DNA of 64,000 bases from a virus (lineage: Duplodnaviria > Caudoviricetes): positions 1-64,000 of IMG/VR virus record IMGVR_UViG_3300012665_000509, one strand, 5' to 3'. This document shows positions 55,901 through 63,306 of this stretch, piece by piece (position 1 is the first letter of the stretch; every line of letters starts with the position of its first letter). Below the pieces are notes generated by a model. The model was not told the origin of the DNA. It did not search any database and saw only the letters and a program-made list of their open reading frames with translations. A program made the position numbers and the translations under genes.

Positions 55901-57898
55901 TTTGTGGGAGGCGCACAACGCACATTCCGAGCAGGTTTTGCCGCAACACACGAATACAATACTGGGGTAATTTTAGTAAGTAACACCATTAGTCCAATTA
56001 TTAGTCACTGGGGTAGTGCGTTCTTAACAGACGGTTTATTTGACGAAGATCGCGGTTACATTTTTAACTACGCATCTACAGGTATTTCAATTAGTACTAC
56101 AAAAACCACAGCGTTCTTAATACGATTAGCACCAAGTGTGTCAAACGCTATTGTTGGTGACTTAGGCGAACGAGAATTAATTAACAGAGCGCAATTACTA
56201 TTAAAAGAAATTGCTATTACTTCTGATACAGGTACTGGTGGTATCGTTGTTGAAGGGGTATTGAATCCACAAAACTATCCATTAAACCCTAGCGCAATTA
56301 GTTGGGGCGGATTAGCTGGACTATCACAAGGTGGTCAGCCTAGCTTTGCGCAGATTGCTCCAGGCGGTTCTGTAAACTGGAATAGCGGATCATCACAACA
56401 AACGTCTACAGGTACAACACTAGGCACAATATCAGGAAACTTAACAGTTCCAACTGGCACTGCTTTTAACAGACCAAGCGGCACTACATTTGCCTATGTT
56501 ACAAAAACAAGTTGGGATAATTTAGGAGCGTCAACTGGATTTGCAATAAGTGACGGTAAAATCCCAGCAGGCGCAACAATAACAACTGTTACAGCTAGCC
56601 CACTTCCTATAGCAACTGTACTTGACACTGTGTCGACTACAATGGCAACATTTGGCCCAACATTGTCAACTGCCGGCGGAAGTATTTCTGGCACAACTGC
56701 TACAGTATTTTTACCTAACCAGTCGTTTGTACCGTACCCAACTGGTAGCACTATTGCTGTTGCAGGAGTATCGCCGGCAAACTTTAATGGAACGTTTACT
56801 GTTATTAATGCTGGCACTAACTTTGTACAATATACCACTAGTGGCGCCGCTGGTAATATGACTGTTAACGGTAACGTATCTACTAGATACCCAGCAGGCA
56901 GTAACGTGTTGAGAATCACTAAAGCAAGTTGGGAAGCTATGACTAACCCAGTGAACGCAACTGGATTTAGAGCAAGTACTAGTTACTTCCCGGTTGACAC
57001 ATTTGTAACTGCGGTAAGTGTTATTCAAGGCACTACACCTAATCAGTGGTACAACGTTACTTTTAGTAAAGTAACTAGCACAGTGATTGCTAACAACGTT
57101 AACATACCAATGTCTATTGGTGGAACATACGGTTCACAAACTACTGCGTACTATACCTCAGCAAGCTGGAACGCTTTACCAGTTGATGTGCCTATTGTTG
57201 GTGCCACAACTTCTGATGCTAAATGGATTAGCGGCGCTACTATTACTAGTATTACCGCACTAAGAACGTTTGCCGGCACTGGTTATTATGCTGTGGTTCA
57301 TAATAATCCTGCGGCGCTAAGTGGTAATCAAACAGTAACATATAATTCTACACAATACTATACAGTATTCTTTAGTACAGCATCTTCAAGCGCAATAAGT
57401 TCTACAAATACTATTGGATTACAACTAGCACCAAGTACTATTACTACCAACACGTTGTATTTTACACAAGCAAGTTGGGAAGCCTTAGTTGCTAGTTATG
57501 GTATTTCAACTGGTACTGAATTGGGAGATACTAAGTATCCAGCTGGTACTCGTGTACAAACAGTTAGCGCATTAAGAACGTTCTCGGGCACTACTTACTA
57601 TACGGTAACATTTACGCAGACGTCTAATGCTGTTATTCCAGGCGCAAGTACAATTACATTCAAGTTTGGACAACCGCCTTACGCACTACCAGGTGAAACA
57701 GTATTTTCGTTCATTGCGCAACCAGGTGGTAACTCAGCACTTGACTTGTCAGAATTGAAAGAATTGACTAATACTACATTAGGTGGTAGAGGAACATATC
57801 CAAACGGTCCTGACGTATTAGCGATTAACGTCTATAAGGTGTCAGGCACACCAGTTACATCTAACATTGTTGTACGTTGGGGTGAAGCGCAGGCTTAA
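49940..57898 (+). CDS. giant virion protein (2652 aa): four nested CxRD helical repeats, repeated Gly/Thr-rich beta modules
   Basis: CxRD Cys codons at 50237, 50834, 51218, 51626; several G..Y..GD.I.ILGT.LGG..P.NDL.ITVT modules; C-terminal ASW.AL...ALRTF.GT.YY repeats. Confidence 0.7.
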   Translation: MAKQRLQNYVFLPGVASSSNAYPDAYWLIEANKTFIKKEAIAYLGATIASDTAVNYNPYAVTLLTLNKAFLLDEMVAWINYQVANSISPFVGYTYDASKCRRDLGYMIDAIIYDVRYGGNEKTIETLKQYWLSGVAQVRQFAEVAFYGQLRTILNNSILSNSLYISQQSPVVSTQQVTLNNAEDSAVTNVYTLLTLTSNVIQNGLSVLPAPASIVYPDAVNAISINKQFLKDEIAAWIAEQVEAESEYNLKPNAYSSLILNKTFIGEEAVAWINIQIAGNIAPFVSPNIVTYDPSGTKCKRDIGYIVDAIAKDLRFGGNENLRKVLSMYWINGVAQIDGPRTPEVATYEFVKTLINNYILPQVTYTSAQTNVSQNLSGSAPETGVITTVASFLDSAKSTIELGLASLPTAVAPTYPWGAYTYNKEKCKRDVGYIVDAYIYDLSYGGNEKTRETVSLYWSGTTPQIDGSRIQEELAHTQLRDIIKNYIIPGVTYETSQATPVDSSQVLVAAGEVAAVTKINTLAGIVTDVIVNGLTALPDLETGANLNFSTRNFAGYTYDSAKCERDMNYVLDAYLNDLRYGGNYRTRFIVSRYWEGTQAQVDGDRKPEIAVHNFIRDLINNRIIPQSVSDAPYQSTYDQVTNLGKTGEVAAKSSISALAFIVTNVITNGLSAIPALVNGVTTIKVQGKHELGEILLITNTSNNEILYNFSDPTIKGIITFDSTYNSNGIAREEDFPKFLQTADYVTTITLDVDTSNRFRDDQIQIFVEQKEMRVRPYDFGTDAIERMRVAQPQSMLDADFEYGLQPTKWQAIGISRGYPSVYEIPGTDTQVLSVVTDASTGTGGIGQSLITVTTAGSHGFTVGTPITIRALANTISGFSRAEGTFLIQGVPSLTTFTYYAVSKVGTSNGQILATTYTQLRKGAFYTGAALGQPTFNVASNGTLATLTTVFNTPAGGDQLAWSGSNVPDIGSPLSGTGIGSGAQITAVVGTGGLSVTSDIEFDVPINATSMVLTDATGVLEGMAIDNGSGTAIFVSGIASNTISFTGPITTFRRGNTATYINVSGTNINSNGTGATFSVDRVLGVYQVSIITPGSDYIVGNRIKILGTDLGGADGVNDLIITAATVTEPNGVLTFDNATLVGGTGYSNTTYPTTGGDGTGLTVDVVVDGSNIITSVTINNPGTGYAAADVITIDGGDDNATITVLTVGGGLITGITTQGTSVTGGASYPLLTQNSVTSGGSYTEVPQQSTSGGGSGSKFNVIRQFGAYGVTLATGFEGTGYAVNDTITLLGTLVGGSTPANDITITVTGITDEGAGTGPITTFTSAGTGTSTSSGADVLFTINRALSVYTIGEITQAGTGYLEGDNIVILGTDLGGLTPDNDLIITVTGVDLDGGVAATSVAGVAITGNATFGTLPGTNIVPTGADASFNVTRSGGGYTNVVVNNPGTNYFQGDQITLLGTSLGGLSPANDVVIRVTGVTSNSINTASIISGTAITGTTVGYYSGIAFSELTTAAIPAGSTINASAIALIEVIFQSPHGLIPGANLLVDITSNGTNHALAKGPFYAEQVPTVNTVRYTVRATGTVDTGTALAGIVYARPDSYFVHRPYDGGVQLGTGGPQHGAQAIRMSKKYIRYQSGKGIMYTTGALFAPSYSLQNLTATGLTAGSYITITTDDVDHGCQVGGVIKINGVDTGGYNGIYTVVDVINERQLRVQAQGGLANVYATITTNAQMSIQNWHGATVRAGVYDDQNGMYWQYDGRNLAVGRRSSTFQLSGVVNIARDTNVITGINTRFRDQIKAGDRIVIKGMTHVVSNVTSQTSMSVTPDYRGAVDCVQSKVCLVQDLIINQNDFNLDRLDGTGPSGYNLDTSFMQMIGIQYSWYGAGFIDYMLRGSDGNYVFAHRIRNSNVNTEAYMRTGNLPVRYEVINESAFGKLAQSITRTQTTIPLLDASAFPDESGIVYIDNELIAFSGKVDNSLVGCTRGAPMTNFVGGAQRTFRAGFAATHEYNTGVILVSNTISPIISHWGSAFLTDGLFDEDRGYIFNYASTGISISTTKTTAFLIRLAPSVSNAIVGDLGERELINRAQLLLKEIAITSDTGTGGIVVEGVLNPQNYPLNPSAISWGGLAGLSQGGQPSFAQIAPGGSVNWNSGSSQQTSTGTTLGTISGNLTVPTGTAFNRPSGTTFAYVTKTSWDNLGASTGFAISDGKIPAGATITTVTASPLPIATVLDTVSTTMATFGPTLSTAGGSISGTTATVFLPNQSFVPYPTGSTIAVAGVSPANFNGTFTVINAGTNFVQYTTSGAAGNMTVNGNVSTRYPAGSNVLRITKASWEAMTNPVNATGFRASTSYFPVDTFVTAVSVIQGTTPNQWYNVTFSKVTSTVIANNVNIPMSIGGTYGSQTTAYYTSASWNALPVDVPIVGATTSDAKWISGATITSITALRTFAGTGYYAVVHNNPAALSGNQTVTYNSTQYYTVFFSTASSSAISSTNTIGLQLAPSTITTNTLYFTQASWEALVASYGISTGTELGDTKYPAGTRVQTVSALRTFSGTTYYTVTFTQTSNAVIPGASTITFKFGQPPYALPGETVFSFIAQPGGNSALDLSELKELTNTTLGGRGTYPNGPDVLAINVYKVSGTPVTSNIVVRWGEAQA

Positions 57899-58344
57899 AC
57901 GATATCGATGATATCAATAATGGTTTGAATCTTAGCTTGTATAATTTTATTACGCAAGCTAAGAGCAAGACCGTTGTGTAACGGCTTAGGCAATGACTCT
58001 AAACTAAACCAGCCCCAAGCAGTATGCTCTTCACTTAGTGTTGGAATAAATTCGTCATCAATAATACAGAAATAAGTGTGGAAATTAAACACTGAGTCGT
58101 TTGACACAAATGTTTCTAATGGCATTGTTTTGATGAAAGCAGGAACGTGTCCAATTTCTTCTTGAACTTCGCGCTGTAGCCCACTCCATGGATTTTCGTA
58201 CTCGTGATTAGTACCACCAATAAGACCCCATGTACCTGCGTGTTTGCCGTGTGCTTTTTGAACTAATAAAAACCTGCGAACAGACCTAGCGTAGATTAAT
58301 GCTCCGCTACAAACTATCTTATCTGTTAAAGTTCTATTCTCCAT
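57895..58344 (-). CDS. Nudix hydrolase
   Basis: WGLIGG...E.P...LQREVQEEIG (degenerate Nudix box), EEHTAWGWF. Confidence 0.85.
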   Translation of the reverse strand: MENRTLTDKIVCSGALIYARSVRRFLLVQKAHGKHAGTWGLIGGTNHEYENPWSGLQREVQEEIGHVPAFIKTMPLETFVSNDSVFNFHTYFCIIDDEFIPTLSEEHTAWGWFSLESLPKPLHNGLALSLRNKIIQAKIQTIIDIIDIV

Positions 58345-59825
58345 AACCCAGCTTTATATTGACCTTCGAATGATTTAGCCCATTGTACACCGTTCCATAC
58401 GTATTGTACTTTGTTCCCATTGTATATATTGCTTTGATAGATGTGAGTATCAGTTTCTTGAGCGGCTTCAAATATAACTTGCCAGTGATCGCCTTGCCAC
58501 TCGATAATATCATTAATTTTAGCAACAAAATCAGTACCGTTAGAGTTCTTCCAACCATCAGGGCCGTTGTTAGTAGCAGTACCTGTGTTGCCAGTATAGT
58601 CGTTATTTTTAAAGTTTACATCTGAACCGATGTCTTCAATAATTAAAAATCTATCGCCAGCAACTACATTCTGCATTCCATGGCCAGGATAGACTGTATG
58701 AGGATCAATAATAGCATCAAAGCTGCCGTTACTTCTACCGCCACTTGACGAACGGTCACCTGTAGTAACTATGTCATCATCTTGAGGATATGTATCGGAA
58801 TCCCAAATAACTGTCAATGATGTAAAGTCTGTAGGTGTAACAACAAATGTGCCAACGACTTCATTACCGTTTGGTTGTACTAAGTATATCATGCTTGAAC
58901 CTGGGGTAAATTTACCAGGATATAGACTAAAGACCATGTTCCAATCTAGTGGTTGTCCTTGTCTAACAGCAACTTCAAAATTTGGTTCTCTTGGAATACT
59001 GCTTTCAGTAGGCCCGAGCAATTCTACTTTATTGTTATATACTTGAATATTATAATCAGTGATGGTTACAATATCTTTTGATAATACTGTTGATAGTGTT
59101 GTATCACCGGACACCAACGGAATACCAAGTCCGTCAATGTATTCGTTACTATCACTACCTGAATTTTGATACAGGCTTGTAATAATACTAGTAATAACAC
59201 CAAGGTGTTTGACCTTAACTGGCGGGCTAATCCATATAGGAGTATCTAAGGTTAATGTAGCAATGTCAATAGGCGCATCTTGCGTGCCAATTGGAATAGA
59301 CTTGCTTGACCAGCTCATGTTGGCTAAGTTCAATACTGATAAACTTGTCCAGTCAATGTAGTTGTCAGTTGTTTGTAATTCTAAACTTGGATTAAACAAT
59401 ACTAGTATCTGTTCAAGTATTTGTAATTTTTGGTCAGTGTTAGCAGACCAAATATCAACCTTCATCGTTAATTTAAACGGAGTTGGCATTAGTCGTTCTA
59501 CTGTATAGTTACGACCTTGACCTTGTGTGTATGCTCCGCCTTCAATGTCTCGTTCTCTAATATGAACTTTTCCAACATACGTAGAATCACCTAAGCGTTC
59601 TTTATCAAGTTGTAGATCACTAATGTACACGCTGATGCGCGGCACTGAGTTAATTTTATTTTCACTGTTCTGACGGATAATTGATGCGACTTGTTTGTCC
59701 GCATCACCGTACAATACAGGAATACGTACTAACGATCCGTCAGCGTATTTTACAGTAAAATGACTCAATATACGAATAGTCTGCGTAATATAGCGTCTTA
59801 TCTGGCCATCATAAAAATGTAACAT
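58326..59825 (-). CDS. gp15: tail terminator / sheath stabiliser with C-terminal extension
   Basis: HFYDGQIRRY, RIPVLYG, VPRISV, QKLQILEQILVLFNP; extra C-terminal half (AGDRFLI...NDIIEWQG.HW). Confidence 0.8.
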   Translation of the reverse strand: MLHFYDGQIRRYITQTIRILSHFTVKYADGSLVRIPVLYGDADKQVASIIRQNSENKINSVPRISVYISDLQLDKERLGDSTYVGKVHIRERDIEGGAYTQGQGRNYTVERLMPTPFKLTMKVDIWSANTDQKLQILEQILVLFNPSLELQTTDNYIDWTSLSVLNLANMSWSSKSIPIGTQDAPIDIATLTLDTPIWISPPVKVKHLGVITSIITSLYQNSGSDSNEYIDGLGIPLVSGDTTLSTVLSKDIVTITDYNIQVYNNKVELLGPTESSIPREPNFEVAVRQGQPLDWNMVFSLYPGKFTPGSSMIYLVQPNGNEVVGTFVVTPTDFTSLTVIWDSDTYPQDDDIVTTGDRSSSGGRSNGSFDAIIDPHTVYPGHGMQNVVAGDRFLIIEDIGSDVNFKNNDYTGNTGTATNNGPDGWKNSNGTDFVAKINDIIEWQGDHWQVIFEAAQETDTHIYQSNIYNGNKVQYVWNGVQWAKSFEGQYKAGLWRIEL

Positions 59826-61384
59826 TATAAATCTGCCCTAGGTTTAAGTGCCTTTGATAGCGATTGGCGAATTGGTTCTCTATGGTTACATAAGCTAATA
59901 GTCCATGTACCAGTATACGGAATTTTTTGTTGTACGCTGTCAATGATAGGTAATGTAATAGTAAGTTTTCCAGCAGTATTTGTAAAAATACCAGAATGGT
60001 CAGCTACTGTGTATGCTATTTCAACGGTGTCTAATTTTAATACAAGATACAATGCTGTTTGATATGTGATATTAGTTGTAATAGTAAACGTATCTTTTTC
60101 TATCAGTACTGGGTCAGTAGCAACTGAATCATTATAAATGTAATCAGTATTATTAATAAATCCAGTCTTGAGAGTTTTTCTACTATTGTTGTTTGTCATT
60201 GACATGCGTACCGCATCTTCAATTTTAACCCAACGAGTTCCGTCAAATCTAAATAATCTGTTAGGCATAAAGTCAGTGCGCAAAAAGAAATCATTTGCCT
60301 CAGGTGCTTCTGGAAAGTGTATTCCAAAACCGAACATACTCAATTCGCCGGCGGATGGTTCATATCCGTTAGATGGTTTGCCGTCTCCTACAAGATACCC
60401 AGTGTATCCTGTTCTAACAGGCACTGCTCTAGCTAAGTCAGCAGTATCACCTGTGTTACTAGCATCAAGCGTTGTAAGATCACTTGTTCTTTCTAAAATA
60501 GGTTTGCCGGTAGATGGATCAACTGCTAGTGTGTAAAATTGTCTAGTTTCATAGCCGCTCATAGGAGCGTCTTCTTCTGCTTGCTCTAAGACCTTATCAT
60601 TAATTTCTAATTCTTTAGCACGAGTACTTAATAAGTTTTCAATACTGTTAGTGTAGACAGTAAAGTATGAAGTGTTAGGCGGCGCATTGCCGGTAGTGTT
60701 GGCTGTAACTGTAAACAGTTCTCCGTCTTTACGAACAATTTGTCCAGTCACATAAGCAGTAGCTGGATTATAATCTCCAACAAATTTATCTAAATCAGCA
60801 CCTGCTGGCGTTCTAAGTATGTCAGCAAATTGTTGGCTGTCAGTAATCTTTCTCATCTTTAATCTATAAAGATGCGGGAACCAAGTTGAGCTAAATCCTT
60901 CGCTAGCACGACCTACGTCTTCAATAACATAGTAACGTGGTAGACTAATATCACCATCACCTAAGGCAAATTGATCAGTTAAGTGTGGTAGTTCAAGTAC
61001 ATCACCGCTAAGTGGCTTACGGCCAATAAATTTAATAAAGTCATTAATGTGTACTGTCATGAACAACGTGTCGTTATCAATAAACAGACCAAACTGGCTT
61101 AGGTTAAAATCAATATTTTGTACGTTATACAAGCCACGAATTTTATAAATTTCAGTATCGTATTTTCTGTCGCGATTTTCTAAAAATAACAAATCTTGAA
61201 TGTTGGTAACATTGTACGAGTCAATAGTGGGCTGATCATGCGTTCCGTTAGCGTTTAGCTTTGGGCCCATATATTTGTGGATATAAACGTCAGTTCCACC
61301 GGCCTGAAACATTTCAGAAATCTGTCGATCTATGAATTTATAGTCTTGCCCACGTTCGGGTTTATATAGAGATAGTCTTGGCAT
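59825..61384 (-). CDS. gp14: neck (head-tail connector) protein with accessory domains
   Basis: LLFLENRDRKY, FNLSQFGLF, GDVLELPH; start revised to ATG 61384 (MPRLSLY) because the minus-strand late promoter (61389-61396) lies within the longer call. Confidence 0.75.
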   Translation of the reverse strand: MPRLSLYKPERGQDYKFIDRQISEMFQAGGTDVYIHKYMGPKLNANGTHDQPTIDSYNVTNIQDLLFLENRDRKYDTEIYKIRGLYNVQNIDFNLSQFGLFIDNDTLFMTVHINDFIKFIGRKPLSGDVLELPHLTDQFALGDGDISLPRYYVIEDVGRASEGFSSTWFPHLYRLKMRKITDSQQFADILRTPAGADLDKFVGDYNPATAYVTGQIVRKDGELFTVTANTTGNAPPNTSYFTVYTNSIENLLSTRAKELEINDKVLEQAEEDAPMSGYETRQFYTLAVDPSTGKPILERTSDLTTLDASNTGDTADLARAVPVRTGYTGYLVGDGKPSNGYEPSAGELSMFGFGIHFPEAPEANDFFLRTDFMPNRLFRFDGTRWVKIEDAVRMSMTNNNSRKTLKTGFINNTDYIYNDSVATDPVLIEKDTFTITTNITYQTALYLVLKLDTVEIAYTVADHSGIFTNTAGKLTITLPIIDSVQQKIPYTGTWTISLCNHREPIRQSLSKALKPRADL

Positions 61385-61388
61385 ATGA

Positions 61389-61408
61389 TATTTATCGTAA
61401 GATAAATA
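61389..61408. promoter_or_regulatory. divergent late promoter pair
   Basis: GATAAATA on - (61389-61396) and GATAAATA on + (61401-61408). Confidence 0.75.
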
Positions 61409-61425
61409 TGAGTGGAGAGTAAAAC

Positions 61426-62193
61426 ATGGCAGATCCAACATCACTATTAGAACGCAATAAGGTATTTGACTACGTAAGAACTATGCTGGGTGACGGCATG
61501 GTTGAAGTAGAATTAGACCCTAAGCACTACGAAACAGCACTAGATCGTGCGATTACACGCTTTAGACAGCGTAGTAGTAATGCGGTAGAAGAAAGCTATA
61601 TGTTTCTCGAATTAATTCAAGATACTAACGAGTATAGATTACCAGACGAAGTTGTTGAAGTACAAAGCATTTATCGTAGAGCAATCGGTAGTCGTAGCGG
61701 CAACGGCGCAGGCGGAACACTATTTGAGCCGTTTAACTTGGCCTATACTAATACCTACTTGTTAAGCGGAACCATGATGGGCGGCCTAGCTACTTACGAA
61801 TTGTTTGCTGGATATCAAAAATTGGTAGGTCGTATGTTTGGTAGTTTTATGGAATTTAAGTGGAAACCTACAAGCCACATATTAACTATACTACAACGCC
61901 CGTTTGCCCAAGGCGAACAAGTAATGCTTCGTTGCCATAACTACCGCCCAGATTACGTATTGTTAACTGATATCTACGCAAAGCAATGGCTGTACGACTA
62001 CACACTAGCAGTTTGTAAACTAATGCTAGGCGAAGCTCGTAGTAAGTTTGGTAGTATTGCTGGCCCAGGATCACCAATTACATTAAACGGTACAGCACTT
62101 CAAACCCAGGGTAAAGAAGAGATTGCCGCGCTAGATAAAGAAATTGAAAACTTGGTTTCTGGCGGAAGCCCAATGACATTCGTTATTGGCTAA
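61426..62193 (+). CDS. gp13: neck protein
   Basis: LG...VEVELD...A.D.A...F, WLYDYTLAVCKLMLGEARSKF..IAGPG..ITLNG. Confidence 0.85.
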   Translation: MADPTSLLERNKVFDYVRTMLGDGMVEVELDPKHYETALDRAITRFRQRSSNAVEESYMFLELIQDTNEYRLPDEVVEVQSIYRRAIGSRSGNGAGGTLFEPFNLAYTNTYLLSGTMMGGLATYELFAGYQKLVGRMFGSFMEFKWKPTSHILTILQRPFAQGEQVMLRCHNYRPDYVLLTDIYAKQWLYDYTLAVCKLMLGEARSKFGSIAGPGSPITLNGTALQTQGKEEIAALDKEIENLVSGGSPMTFVIG

Positions 62194-62201
62194 CAAATTA
62201 T

Positions 62202-62230
62202 TTGACCTTGTAATAAAACTGTTATATACT
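62202..62230 (+). promoter_or_regulatory. sigma70-type (early) promoter
   Basis: TTGACC (62202-62207), 17 nt, TATACT (62225-62230), then AGGAG SD and ATG 62253. Confidence 0.7.
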
Positions 62231-62252
62231 AGTAGTTCATTAGGAGACTACT

Positions 62253-62903
62253 ATGATTATTGGTGTATGCGGTTTTATTGGTTCTGGCAAAGATACTATT
62301 GCTGATTACCTAACTAACTTCCACGAATTTCGACGAGAAAGTTTCGCCAATACTCTTAAAGATGCTGTAGCCAATGTGTTTGGTTGGGACAGAACTATGC
62401 TAGAAGGCCGCACAAAACAAGCCCGCGAATGGCGTGAACAAGTAGATCCATGGTGGGCAGAACGCTTAAACATGCCTAACCTAACACCACGTTGGGTGCT
62501 ACAATATTGGGGCACTGAAGTTTGTCGTCGAGGCTTTCACGATGATATTTGGATTGCGTCATTAGAAAACAAACTACGCAACAGCAAAGACGATGTAGTC
62601 ATTTCAGACTGTCGTTTCCCCAACGAAATTAAATCAATTAAAGCCGCAGGCGGCATTGTCGTACGTGTTGTCCGTGGTCCAGAACCTGAATGGTACGAAG
62701 ATGCTATTAATGCTAACCGCGGAGAAGTTGGTAATTTTTCATGGTCCACTAGCCGTAGCAAACTTGAAAAAGCTGGTATTCATGCTAGCGAAACTGCTTG
62801 GGTTGGAACTAAGTTTGATGCGGTATTAGATAATAATGGCAGTATAGACGACTTGTTTGCCCAAGTTAAAGGTCTGGTACAAGATCACCCTGCCGCCATT
62901 TAA
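62253..62903 (+). CDS. gp1: deoxynucleoside monophosphate kinase
   Basis: IIGVCGFIGSGKDT, SFANTLKD, TPRWVLQYWGTEV, VVISDCRFPNE. Confidence 0.93.
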   Translation: MIIGVCGFIGSGKDTIADYLTNFHEFRRESFANTLKDAVANVFGWDRTMLEGRTKQAREWREQVDPWWAERLNMPNLTPRWVLQYWGTEVCRRGFHDDIWIASLENKLRNSKDDVVISDCRFPNEIKSIKAAGGIVVRVVRGPEPEWYEDAINANRGEVGNFSWSTSRSKLEKAGIHASETAWVGTKFDAVLDNNGSIDDLFAQVKGLVQDHPAAI

Positions 62904-63201
62904 TACCTTCTTTGTGTAGCACACGCTGACAGTTAGCACAAACTGTTTTAAGATTACCGTGCTTACAATTATTTAAATCCCCGTCTATATGAAACACAGC
63001 ATATACTTCGGGGTGTATGCTTTTAAATCCACACTTATCACATTGCGGTTTTACTTTATAGCCTGCTCTTGACCATCGTGGTATTCCATAGTATAAACCG
63101 TGGGTTAAACACACTTCGCATAGCCTGCGATAGTAGGTTCTGCCGTTCTTTTTATAATTAACGGCAGCAGGACGTTGTCCGCAAGTACATAAAGGTCTCA
63201 T
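62866..63201 (-). CDS. zinc-finger HNH endonuclease-like protein
   Basis: CTC...LCEVC, CDKCG...FHIDGDLNNC...NLKTVCANCQ; start revised to ATG 63201; GTAAATA on minus at 63207-63213. Confidence 0.75.
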   Translation of the reverse strand: MRPLCTCGQRPAAVNYKKNGRTYYRRLCEVCLTHGLYYGIPRWSRAGYKVKPQCDKCGFKSIHPEVYAVFHIDGDLNNCKHGNLKTVCANCQRVLHKEGIKWRQGDLVPDL

Positions 63202-63266
63202 GTACGTATTTACACCTTTGCTACCCCTTTTCGTGGCGGTATTACAAGTATAAAAAGCCAAAAACC

Positions 63267-63274
63267 TATAAATA
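63267..63274 (+). promoter_or_regulatory. T4-type late promoter TATAAATA
   Basis: Exact consensus upstream of the sheath gene. Confidence 0.8.
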
Positions 63275-63306
63275 CATGTAGAATTCGTATTCATGGAGAT
63301 TACAAT

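Noticed and set aside
6060-57028. Numerous long antisense ORFs (e.g. 6060-6701, 10347-10979, 16455-16814, 23132-23668, 53737-54189)
   Set aside because: They shadow genuine genes in register, a known effect of biased codon usage, and lack RBS or domain motifs.
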